64,000 nt of DNA, taken from positions 886 through 64,885 of the forward strand of contig JAAYJN010000037.1 of the NCBI GenBank assembly GCA_012522935.1, in the 5' to 3' direction. This stretch comes from Candidatus Cloacimonadota bacterium (GTDB taxonomy: Bacteria > Cloacimonadota > Cloacimonadia > Cloacimonadales > Cloacimonadaceae). A program made the translations under genes and the position numbers. Below, piece by piece: positions 37,401 to 45,273 of this stretch; position 1 is the stretch's first letter; each line of letters opens with the position of its first letter. The notes beneath the pieces were generated by a model. The model saw only the letters and a list, made by a program, of their open reading frames with translations. It had not been told where the DNA came from and did no database searches.

Positions 37401-39982
37401 AATTCCTCAATTATCTTGATCGCCTGATCATATTCGTCCAAGGCAGACCAATACACTGCCAGCCTGTCTGTATATATGATTTTCAACTCCAAGGTGAGCT
37501 CCTTGGGGTCTATCATATCCAGGATTCTTTTCACCGCCTCATTACTCACCTGAGTGGCAATCCGGGAGAGATATAAAAGTGCCTGCACGCGCTGTTTGCC
37601 AGTTATTGCCAGCTCCAACGCCTTGTCAAACATCTCCTTGGCTTCTCGGTGAGATTCCGCCAATAGCTTCAGGGTGCCCAGCACGTAGTATTTCTCAAAG
37701 AATTCCGGTATCCTGTCAGCATTTTGCTCCACGAACCCAGCCTGCAGATAAAAGCCAATGGCCTCCGTTTTATCGTGGAACTTGCGCAGGTCCATCATGA
37801 TCTCAGAGGCGGGAATGCTCAGCTTGTCCGGTTCCTCTTCCGAGGGTGGTCCCAGCTCAAAATCTATCCTCAATACATTGATAATGGCGGCATAAGCCTT
37901 TTCCTGTTCAAAGTCATCGCTTTGAATGTCATACAGGCGCAGATAGTATTTGCGCTCACTCAGCAAATCTGCAGCGGATTGAGCGTTTTCAATCAGCCCA
38001 ATGCAGGTTTCTGCATCTTCCACCAATACATTCTCATAAAACTGCAGTACGCGCCTGGAAATCTCTGTATTGGTCTCCTGCGGGGTTTCATCCCAAAACT
38101 TCTGCCGCGCCTCCGGGAAGGTATAGTAATAGTGTTTTTCGCGCTTGATCAGGATTTCGTTATAAATGGCATCACTAAGGAGGGAATATTGTTCCCTGTC
38201 TCCCAGATTGAGGATATGCACTATCAATTCCCGGCTCAGCGGTGTGCGCACGTTTGACAGCATTTGCAGCTGTTCATAGCTTTTGGGCAGGAGGTGATTC
38301 ATGCGCAGGTAGATGGATTGCAGAATCTTGGGAGGCAGGCGGTAATCAACCAGATCAGCAGGGAATTTATATCCGTCATCGTCACTAATCTGTTTCTTCA
38401 GCACCAGATCCAACAGGATTTCCCGGATAAAATGGGGATTGCCTGCCGATCGCTTGTAGATGCTTTGGGACAAGCTGTCTGGCAATTGCGCCCCCAAAAG
38501 TCGGTTCATATATTCAATTGCTTCTACCTCTTTCAGCATGGGCACGTGGAGCAGGATGGTGTTTTGGATCTGTTGGATTTTATTAAAGTCGTTGCAGGAG
38601 AGCACCACTAAGATGCGCTGTCTGACGATGGTTTGGGCTAAGTAATTGATAAAATCTATGGTGTGTCTATGTACGTATTGGAAGTTGCGAACTATGAAAA
38701 TCAGTGGTTTCTGGTTTGACAGATCACCCAAGAGGTCGCGCACCGAGGCAAAGTCATCCTTCAATTCCTCTTGACTTTGGGTGATGCTCTTTGCCTGTTT
38801 CTCAGAATCGAAGAGGTAACTGCGGAATTTGTCCGAGATGTTTTTGAGGCTCTCAAAGCCCTCTATTTCCTCCTCCGAGAGCGAGCTGAGATACTCTTTG
38901 ATGAGGGCAAAGAACGCTTCATGATCCCGCTTTGTGCAGCTATAATCAAACAGGTAAAACTCTCCGCCCAAGAGGTGGTAACGGAAGAGGGAGAGGATAT
39001 TGTCTTTGCCCAAGCCATCTCCGCCAATCACCGAGATAATCTTGCCATTGCCTTGACGCAGGGCTGGCAGATAGTCCAAAAGCTGATGTGACAATTGCTC
39101 GCGAACGATATAGCTATTAAAGCGCAGGGTATTTGCCATCGACCAGGATACGGAGAATGGATAGCTGCGCTGGGAGATGCGATTCACATAGGCTATCAGC
39201 TCTTTTCCGCTGTGAAAGCGGTTGTCTGGATTGCGTTCCAAAAGCCTCAATATCAGCTTTTCCAATGCCAAGGGGATATCAGGATTGAGCTCTGAGGGGA
39301 AAATGGGGATAAAGTATTGCTGGCTGCCGCTCATCAAGGCGGAAATCTGGTCCAGACTGATGGGGAAGGTCCCTGTGCAAATCTTATATAGAATTACTCC
39401 CAAAGAATAAAAGTCGCTCTCCGGGGTGGCGCCTTCGCCCAGATATACTTCTGGAGCGATATAGGGCAGAGTTCCACTCACCAGATGGTTTTCCTTTTCA
39501 AAATCTATCTTGGAAAAACCGTAATCGATGAGCTCAACCTCCATTTTCCTGCCACTAAAACGATAAAGCACGTTTTCCAGCTTCAGATCTTTGTGCAATA
39601 TATTCTGTGTGTGCAAGGCGTGCAAAGCGTAGGCACACTGCACCACCAGGTTGTATATCTGATCCACCCTGCCCTTGCTGAACTGGAAATTGACCAAAGA
39701 GCTGCCCTCAAAGAATTCGCTGATATAATAGATATGGTCTGCCACATGCCCAAAATCCTCAATGTGGCTGAGGTTGGGATGATCGATCATCGTGATGCGA
39801 TGCATCTCTTCAGCACTGAATTTAGCATAAAGGTCTTCAGAGGAGATATAGCGGAAAAGCTTGAGCGAATACAAGCGATCCGTGCGTATATCCCTTACTT
39901 TATACACCTGAGCCCAGGTACCAGTTCCCAGGATCTCCAGCACTTCATATCTATGATCTATATACATTGCGGCAATCTCCAT
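34463..39982 (-). CDS. Giant multidomain sensor: Ser/Thr protein kinase + P-loop NTPase (AAA_16/STAND-like) + TPR + GAF + histidine kinase (HisKA/HATPase_c)
   Basis: Kinase motifs are LGTGTWAQVY, ..SLKLF, HKDLKLENV, DYG and YIAPE. A P-loop VIGGDGLGKDN lies near residue 320, followed by a long TPR-like middle region. The H-box FMAIVAHELNTPLTTL lies near residue 1597 (nt about 35190). G-box SSGLGLGLATAKRIAELHGGEI lies near the C-terminus. Confidence 0.85.
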   Translation of the reverse strand: MEIAAMYIDHRYEVLEILGTGTWAQVYKVRDIRTDRLYSLKLFRYISSEDLYAKFSAEEMHRITMIDHPNLSHIEDFGHVADHIYYISEFFEGSSLVNFQFSKGRVDQIYNLVVQCAYALHALHTQNILHKDLKLENVLYRFSGRKMEVELIDYGFSKIDFEKENHLVSGTLPYIAPEVYLGEGATPESDFYSLGVILYKICTGTFPISLDQISALMSGSQQYFIPIFPSELNPDIPLALEKLILRLLERNPDNRFHSGKELIAYVNRISQRSYPFSVSWSMANTLRFNSYIVREQLSHQLLDYLPALRQGNGKIISVIGGDGLGKDNILSLFRYHLLGGEFYLFDYSCTKRDHEAFFALIKEYLSSLSEEEIEGFESLKNISDKFRSYLFDSEKQAKSITQSQEELKDDFASVRDLLGDLSNQKPLIFIVRNFQYVHRHTIDFINYLAQTIVRQRILVVLSCNDFNKIQQIQNTILLHVPMLKEVEAIEYMNRLLGAQLPDSLSQSIYKRSAGNPHFIREILLDLVLKKQISDDDGYKFPADLVDYRLPPKILQSIYLRMNHLLPKSYEQLQMLSNVRTPLSRELIVHILNLGDREQYSLLSDAIYNEILIKREKHYYYTFPEARQKFWDETPQETNTEISRRVLQFYENVLVEDAETCIGLIENAQSAADLLSERKYYLRLYDIQSDDFEQEKAYAAIINVLRIDFELGPPSEEEPDKLSIPASEIMMDLRKFHDKTEAIGFYLQAGFVEQNADRIPEFFEKYYVLGTLKLLAESHREAKEMFDKALELAITGKQRVQALLYLSRIATQVSNEAVKRILDMIDPKELTLELKIIYTDRLAVYWSALDEYDQAIKIIEEFLATLPPEHDNQAMIYLAAMHNDLGALYSIQKNIPEATEHLNIALSIWKRHNIKRYLGLIYNNIADLYLKQGFTLQAREYSSLGYKYSSELNITISQAHAKLNQGETNIKMGDFELAEKNLLAARDLITSVGSTRHLDAIQRNLALAKSKIRGFGYYYQFISEAEPKLIKGHIDEINPLVKTYFYYLHETANLKRLDHLIRKNVHINYKHINEEEFYHNILSLTAMSAGDYNTAQAELKQAMFFAGEVNNNYAIAVFNVLQVSCYYGLKEYAKARELADSALKPIRENRYRYWETKMLILIVKLDLMNPEEPLRGILRRVNRLLEVCTKHLYYQLEVELRQIRLQILIELSLDTLANTEYEEYRQLLERITDGIEEEDRENYLQVAYYNIKNLKKLNALPLASRRKDLRNRWNELLYNIVNVNSIERVKFLIEKGLERVLCPASFKLMTYSEQISNFYCFHSYNSAEDEMIPPELQPLIDRAFNTDSLVGTNIQGVHAMIIPLISGSSRIGYLLVFDEGELEYTRNEINLMRNIKQHLAALIIRVNDYEQITMRMSKMNELMHISHELMSIVEMYNLEWEIISKAIDFINATRGFLIRLDHDGNNQYRVQMNNRKQPLATVTGISKTAIGLCQATLKPVISYNAQEDQSFKNSISVQDYGIHSIFCCPILINDQPIAWLYFDNMGENSREMYLNEDILSLFQAQVAIAFKNATQYEAVIQKSHELSEFESLKNEFMAIVAHELNTPLTTLQGYVSRLKRRLYADEEEKQDLISRLESSVRKLIISSGDISTMNYYNLQKSLTKAPCDIYEILELVQQEVDILSRKRKMFIKLEVEENLSELYANWEAIHRMVHNVVLNAIRFTNDFGTVVIGARRSVFPTEKINNRESLVIFVQDNGIGIPEYQLKNVFRKFYELNEIYAHKSGTVEYRSSGLGLGLATAKRIAELHGGEITIKSKENEGTTVFMILPFKESKQGFTTS

Positions 39983-40145
39983 TTTTGCTATTATGCTACA
40001 ATTTTCGTCTATCTCTTGCTGTCAACTACAATTTTCAGGTTTGTCATGCCTTGTTTTGGGGAAGATTAAAAACTGGGCTTTAAAAACCATGCTTTTGCAT
40101 TGTTTTACAAGCAGTTCCAGCCCACTTTTTCCCACCCCTTCCCTG

Positions 40146-40210
40146 TTAGCCACCCTTGTCTCTCCTTTGCTCAGACAAGGGTGAGACAAGGGTGAGACAA
40201 GGGTGGTTAA
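40146..40210. repeat. Palindromic intergenic repeat, copy 3
   Basis: Sequence is TTAGCCACCCTTGTCTCTCCTTTGCTCAGACAAGGGTGAGACAAGGGTGAGACAAGGGTGGTTAA. Conserved flanks extend from about 40120 to 40262. It lies between the divergent kinase gene and hutU. Confidence 0.9.
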
Positions 40211-40340
40211 TGGGCAAGGAGTGGCAAGTCCTTGTATCCCTTGGCATTAGGTTATATATTTAATTATAACAACAATTCCATGTTTTTATAGAGTTCAGTT
40301 ATAATATCTCTCAAAACTATGACAAAATGGGGTGATAAAA

Positions 40341-40370
40341 GTGACGACCTATGTCAGGATATGATATAAT
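40341..40370 (+). promoter_or_regulatory. Candidate sigma70-type promoter upstream of hutU
   Basis: GTGACG (40341-40346), 18-nt spacer, extended -10 TGATATAAT (40362-40370). It lies about 165 nt upstream of the hutU ATG. This is a sequence match only. Confidence 0.3.
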
Positions 40371-40532
40371 AGTGGCAATATAATTCACCCATCCGGCTGA
40401 TTTATCTTGACAGATAGTAAAGGGTCTGACATTGTAGGACAAAGCAAATATGTCTGCCAGCAATGGGGATAATGTTAGTACTAACCATTACCTGGCAATG
40501 AATAAGATATTATTAGTTAAAGAGGATTATAG

Positions 40533-42551
40533 ATGATGCCTACACAAGGTCTTTACAAAGTTGGATTAAGCAAACAATTGCCACCTGCTCCCGTGTTTGA
40601 AGCAGGTATTCGTCGAGCTCCCAATCGTGGCTTGGATTTGAGCCCTGCCGAAGTGAGGCTGGCTCTCAAAAACGCACTGAGGTATATCCCCACCGAACTG
40701 CATGAAACCTTGGCTCCTGAATTCTTGCAGGAACTGCGGGAAAAGGGCAGGATTTATGGATACCGCTACCGTCCTGAGGGAAAGATTTGGGGCAGACCCA
40801 TTGATGATTATAAGGGAATAACCGCCGCCAGAGCCATGCAGGTGATGATAGATAACAACCTGGATTTTGATATCGCCCTCTATCCCTATGAACTTGTTAC
40901 TTATGGAGAGACAGGGCAGGTGTGCCAAAACTGGATGCAATATCAGCTCTTGATGCAGTATTTGCAGGTGATGACAGAAGAGCAGACCCTGGTGGTACAA
41001 AGCGGCCATCCCCTGGGACTGTTTCCCTCATCCCCGGCTGCACCGAGGGTGATCTCCACCAACGGACTGGTGATTGGCAAGTGGGATAATCCCGAAGAAT
41101 TTAAGCGTCTCACCGCTCTGGGCGTGGCAAATTATGGTCAAATGACCGCCGGTGGCTGGATGTATATAGGTCCGCAAGGCATCGTGCATGGCACCTATAT
41201 CATCCTGCTAAATGCCGGGCGCAAATATCTGGGTATTCCCGCTGATAAAGACTTGGCTGGCGTGCTATTTATCTCCAGCGGTTTGGGCGGAATGAGCGGC
41301 GCACAATCCAAGGCTGTGGAGATTGCCGGTGGCATCGGTGTGATAGCCGAAGTGGATTATAGCCGCATAGAAACCCGCCACAATCAAGGCTGGGTGGGGC
41401 GTGTATCCGATAAACCGGAAGAGATTTTCGCCTGGGTGGATGAATTCAGGCGTTCCAAACAGTCCATATCCATCGCCTATCATGGCAACGTGGTTGACCT
41501 CCTGGAATATGTGGATCAGCACAACATCCCCGTGGAGCTGCTGAGCGACCAGACCTCCTGTCATGCCGTTTATGAGGGTGGTTATACCCCTGCAGGTGTG
41601 AGCTTTGAAGAGGGACGCAGGCTGATCAGCCAGGATGTGGAGACCTTCAAGACCAAGGTGGATGAATCCCTGAGGCGTCACTACCGTGTGCTAAAGCGTC
41701 TCAGCGCCAAGGGAGCCCATTTTTGGGATTATGGCAACAGCTTTATGGCATCTGTGTTTGATGCTGGAGAGAAGGAGATTTCCCGCAACGGCGTGGATAC
41801 CAATGACGGCTTTATCTGGCCCTCCTATGTGGAAGATATCATGGGGCCGATGAGCTTTGACTATGGCTATGGTCCATTCCGCTGGGTGTGCCTCAGCCGC
41901 AAGGATGAAGACCTTTATAAGACCGATGCTGCGGCGAAGGCTTTGATTGATCCCAACCGTAATTCCATGGATAGGGATAACTACCATTGGATTTCCAACG
42001 CCAAGGAAAACAAGCTGGTGGTGGGCACCAAGGCGCGCATCCTGTATGCAGATGAAGAAGGGCGCGTGCGCATTGCCCTCAAATTTAATGAAATGATACG
42101 CAATAAAGAGATTGGTCCTGTGATCTTGGGCCGTGATCATCATGACGTTTCCGGCACGGATTCACCTTTCCGCGAAACAGCCAATATCCGCGATGGCAGC
42201 AATATGATGGCAGATATGGCTACGCATTGCTTTGCCGGCAACGTTGCCCGGGGCATGAGCCTGGTGGTGCTATCCAATGGCGGCGGCGTGGGCATAGGAC
42301 GCTCTGTGAATGGTGGCAATGGCATTGTATTGGACGGTTCCCAGCGGATGGATGAGGTGGTAAAGAGTGCCCTTTCCTGGGACGTGATGGGCGGCGTGGC
42401 TCGCAGAAGCTGGGCGCGCAATCCCAATGCCATTGATACTGCATCTGCATGGAATGATGCGCATGCAGATATTGGAGCCATCACCATCCCCACACCCGTG
42501 GATGAAGCCTTGTTGGATGATGTGACCGCTAAGAATCCCGGAGAAAAATGA
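40533..42551 (+). CDS. hutU: Urocanate hydratase, long (about 670 aa, UROC1-like) form
   Basis: Contains GGMSGAQ and other urocanase blocks (YGNSF.., GRDHHD..). The N-terminal extension ..RAPNRGLDLSPAEVRLALKNALRYIP..LAPEF.. resembles long-form urocanases. RBS AAGAGGA precedes ATG 40533. Confidence 0.92.
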   Translation: MMPTQGLYKVGLSKQLPPAPVFEAGIRRAPNRGLDLSPAEVRLALKNALRYIPTELHETLAPEFLQELREKGRIYGYRYRPEGKIWGRPIDDYKGITAARAMQVMIDNNLDFDIALYPYELVTYGETGQVCQNWMQYQLLMQYLQVMTEEQTLVVQSGHPLGLFPSSPAAPRVISTNGLVIGKWDNPEEFKRLTALGVANYGQMTAGGWMYIGPQGIVHGTYIILLNAGRKYLGIPADKDLAGVLFISSGLGGMSGAQSKAVEIAGGIGVIAEVDYSRIETRHNQGWVGRVSDKPEEIFAWVDEFRRSKQSISIAYHGNVVDLLEYVDQHNIPVELLSDQTSCHAVYEGGYTPAGVSFEEGRRLISQDVETFKTKVDESLRRHYRVLKRLSAKGAHFWDYGNSFMASVFDAGEKEISRNGVDTNDGFIWPSYVEDIMGPMSFDYGYGPFRWVCLSRKDEDLYKTDAAAKALIDPNRNSMDRDNYHWISNAKENKLVVGTKARILYADEEGRVRIALKFNEMIRNKEIGPVILGRDHHDVSGTDSPFRETANIRDGSNMMADMATHCFAGNVARGMSLVVLSNGGGVGIGRSVNGGNGIVLDGSQRMDEVVKSALSWDVMGGVARRSWARNPNAIDTASAWNDAHADIGAITIPTPVDEALLDDVTAKNPGEK

Positions 42552-43921
42552 TGAGCAACAACAGCCAAAAGTTCTCCAGAATGATGAAATCCTCAGGCAT
42601 AGCTGAGCCCGTGATTCGCACCTTCCTCAGCTATTACGAGCGTTTGGTGAAGGGAGAGAAGGGCGTGTTGCCAGAGAGTGAGATAATGCCTCCTTCCGCA
42701 GACAAGATTGCCAAGTATGAGGAGATAGGGTCTTATCGCAGCTTGGCGATGCTCAAAAAGATTGTGGTGATCAAGCTGAATGGTGGGCTGGGTACTTCCA
42801 TGGGGCTTACCCGTGCCAAATCGCTATTGCCGGTGAAAGGCAACATGAACTTCTTGGATGTGATCACACGGCAGATCTTGGCTGCCAGGGCAAGCTCTGG
42901 GTATGATCTGCAGCTCTTGTTTATGAATAGCTATAATACCGAGGAAGATACCGTCCAATACCTGCAAAAATACCCCGATCTGGCAAGGCAAAACCTGCCC
43001 ATCTCCTTTGTGCAAAACAGGTTTCCGCGGATTCGCCAGCAGGATCTTACTCCCTTTGAAGCTCAGGATAGCTCTCAGATGTGGAACCCTCCCGGGCATG
43101 GGGATTTGTATACTGCCCTGGCGGCGGATGGTCTGTTGGATAAACTGATAGAAAGTGGCTATCGTTATGCATTTGTATCCAATGCCGACAACCTGGGTGC
43201 CACCGTGGATACTGCGATTGCCGGCTGGATGGAAGAAAAGGGCGTGAACTTTCTGATGGAGGTGTGCGAGCGCAGCGAAGTGGATAAAAAGGGCGGGCAT
43301 CTTTGTGAAGATAAAGACGGCCAGCTGCTTTTGCGGGAAGTGGCTCAGACTCCTGTGGAAGATCAGGATAGGTTCCAAGACATATCATATTATAAATACT
43401 TTAACACCAATAACCTGTGGATTGATCTCAAGGCATTGCAATGGGAGCTCATCTCCTCTGGAGGGGTGTTTTTGTTGCCCTTGATAGTAAATCCCAAAAC
43501 CGTAAATGACGTGCCTGTCTATCAGCTGGAAACGGCGATGGGTGCGGCGATCAATGTGTTCACCAATGCCAGGGCAATGCACGTTCCCAGACAGCGTTTT
43601 GCCCCCGTAAAAAAGAATACAGACCTGTTGGCAATATGGTCGGATGCGTATGAACTGAACGATCAGTATCAGATAGTGCTGCGCAGGGGCTTGGCATCAC
43701 CACCACAGATAGAACTGGATGATGCCTATTATGGCACCATCGACCAGATGTTGGAACGCTTCAAGGACGGTGTGCCTTCCCTCATGGATTGTAGCCATCT
43801 AAAGCTAAAAGGTGATATCAGCTTTGGCGAGGATGTGATCTGCGAAGGCAAGGTTTCCATCCAAGCCCAAGAAGCCATCCACATCAAAAGCCGGATGCTG
43901 ACAGGAGAGATTAGTTTGTAA
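42548..43921 (+). CDS. UTP--glucose-1-phosphate uridylyltransferase, eukaryotic UDPGP family type
   Basis: KLNGGLGTSMG signature plus NPPGHGD and FVSNADNLGA blocks typical of the UGP2/UDPGP family, not GalU. ATGA overlap with the hutU stop. Confidence 0.85.
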   Translation: MMSNNSQKFSRMMKSSGIAEPVIRTFLSYYERLVKGEKGVLPESEIMPPSADKIAKYEEIGSYRSLAMLKKIVVIKLNGGLGTSMGLTRAKSLLPVKGNMNFLDVITRQILAARASSGYDLQLLFMNSYNTEEDTVQYLQKYPDLARQNLPISFVQNRFPRIRQQDLTPFEAQDSSQMWNPPGHGDLYTALAADGLLDKLIESGYRYAFVSNADNLGATVDTAIAGWMEEKGVNFLMEVCERSEVDKKGGHLCEDKDGQLLLREVAQTPVEDQDRFQDISYYKYFNTNNLWIDLKALQWELISSGGVFLLPLIVNPKTVNDVPVYQLETAMGAAINVFTNARAMHVPRQRFAPVKKNTDLLAIWSDAYELNDQYQIVLRRGLASPPQIELDDAYYGTIDQMLERFKDGVPSLMDCSHLKLKGDISFGEDVICEGKVSIQAQEAIHIKSRMLTGEISL

Positions 43922-43961
43922 ACCAGCTTTTTTGCTGCTGGCAAAAAGGAAGTGAGAGAAT

Positions 43962-45260
43962 ATGTTATCAAAAGCGCAAAAGATTAGATTGGGAGCCTTC
44001 GTGATGGCGGGTAGCGTGCTGCTGTTGGTGATCCTGATCGCCGTGGCAGGCAGCAAGCTTGTGGATAAGAAGGATATCTATTATGTCAGCTTTGAAAACT
44101 ACTCTGTGACAGGCTTGCAGGTGGGAGGCACCGTCTCCTATCGCGGCATCAAAGTGGGCAGAGTGGAAGATATCAAGATAGACCCCAAGGATATCAACAA
44201 GGTGATCATAACGGTGGCTATCGACCGGGACACTCCCATCAAAGTGGATGCGGAAGCAGTCCTCATCTTTATGGGCATCACGGGGGTGAAGGCTGTGGAG
44301 ATCACCGGCGGCACCAATGAGGCAGCGTTACTAAAGCCCAAAAGCTTTATCAAAACAGGCTCCACCATGATTGATGATATCAGCGACAGGGCGCTTTCCA
44401 TAGCCGAGAAGATTGATCTCATAGCCTCCAATATCAGCAGTCTTACGGACGAACAAAATAGGCAACACATTGCAGACATCCTGCGCCAAACCAGCCAGAT
44501 CCTCGATGATACGGGAGAGAACCTGAAAACCACGATGGAATCCCTCAATCTGGTAGCCATCAATACTGCAAAGCTGACTGATGGCCTGGATGAAACCATC
44601 ACCCAGATTACTGAGACCTTCGTAGATAACGTCAATAAACTCACGGATAGCGCCACTGGAAGCATCAGCAGCCTGTCTGACAATGCCAACCGGATGATGA
44701 ATAGAAAGAGCGACGAGGTGGTGGACAAACTGGATATACTTACCATCACCACTACAAGCAGCGTGGAAGGATTAGTGAATCAGCTCAGCTTGGAATTGCA
44801 AACGATAAGCACCAGCCTGGATGAGGCAATCAGAGATGTAAATACCAATGCAAACCTGCTGCTAAGCGATACCAGAATACAGCTCAATACCCTCAGCGGC
44901 AGTGGCAACAAACTGATACTGGATACCAGCAAGCAGGTGGCAGAGCTGAGCGCCCAGATCAACCGCTCTTTGGAGAGGATCAACGTCTTGATCGAATCTG
45001 ACGAAATGAGCGGGGTGATGAGCAACCTGGAAAGGCTTTCCGGACAGCTGGCAGATGCCAACATGAGAGACTTGGTGACGGAGCTTACCACCACTTTATC
45101 CAAAGCCAGCAGCGCCATTGGCACGATAGATCGCACCCTTGTGCGCAACAGGTCAAACCTCAATGAAACACTGGATTCTCTGAGGGAAGCAAGCGCCAAT
45201 CTGAACGAGTTTTCCAGACAAATCGCAGAGCAGCCAGCTCTCATCTTTAGAGGCAATTAA
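43962..45260 (+). CDS. mlaD: MlaD/MCE-family protein with long helical C-terminal extension
   Basis: N-terminal TM segment, an MCE domain (..VTGLQVGGTVSYRGIKVGRVEDIKIDP..), then about 300 aa of low-complexity helical repeats. Confidence 0.8.
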   Translation: MLSKAQKIRLGAFVMAGSVLLLVILIAVAGSKLVDKKDIYYVSFENYSVTGLQVGGTVSYRGIKVGRVEDIKIDPKDINKVIITVAIDRDTPIKVDAEAVLIFMGITGVKAVEITGGTNEAALLKPKSFIKTGSTMIDDISDRALSIAEKIDLIASNISSLTDEQNRQHIADILRQTSQILDDTGENLKTTMESLNLVAINTAKLTDGLDETITQITETFVDNVNKLTDSATGSISSLSDNANRMMNRKSDEVVDKLDILTITTTSSVEGLVNQLSLELQTISTSLDEAIRDVNTNANLLLSDTRIQLNTLSGSGNKLILDTSKQVAELSAQINRSLERINVLIESDEMSGVMSNLERLSGQLADANMRDLVTELTTTLSKASSAIGTIDRTLVRNRSNLNETLDSLREASANLNEFSRQIAEQPALIFRGN

Positions 45261-45273
45261 AGGAGCTGATGGA

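Noticed and set aside
43921-43961. A/U-rich stem-loop (TTTTTGC-TGCTG-GCAAAAA) between the UGPase and mlaD genes.
   Set aside because: The stem is weak and AT-only, no U-tract follows, and the mlaD RBS comes immediately after it. It is not a credible terminator.
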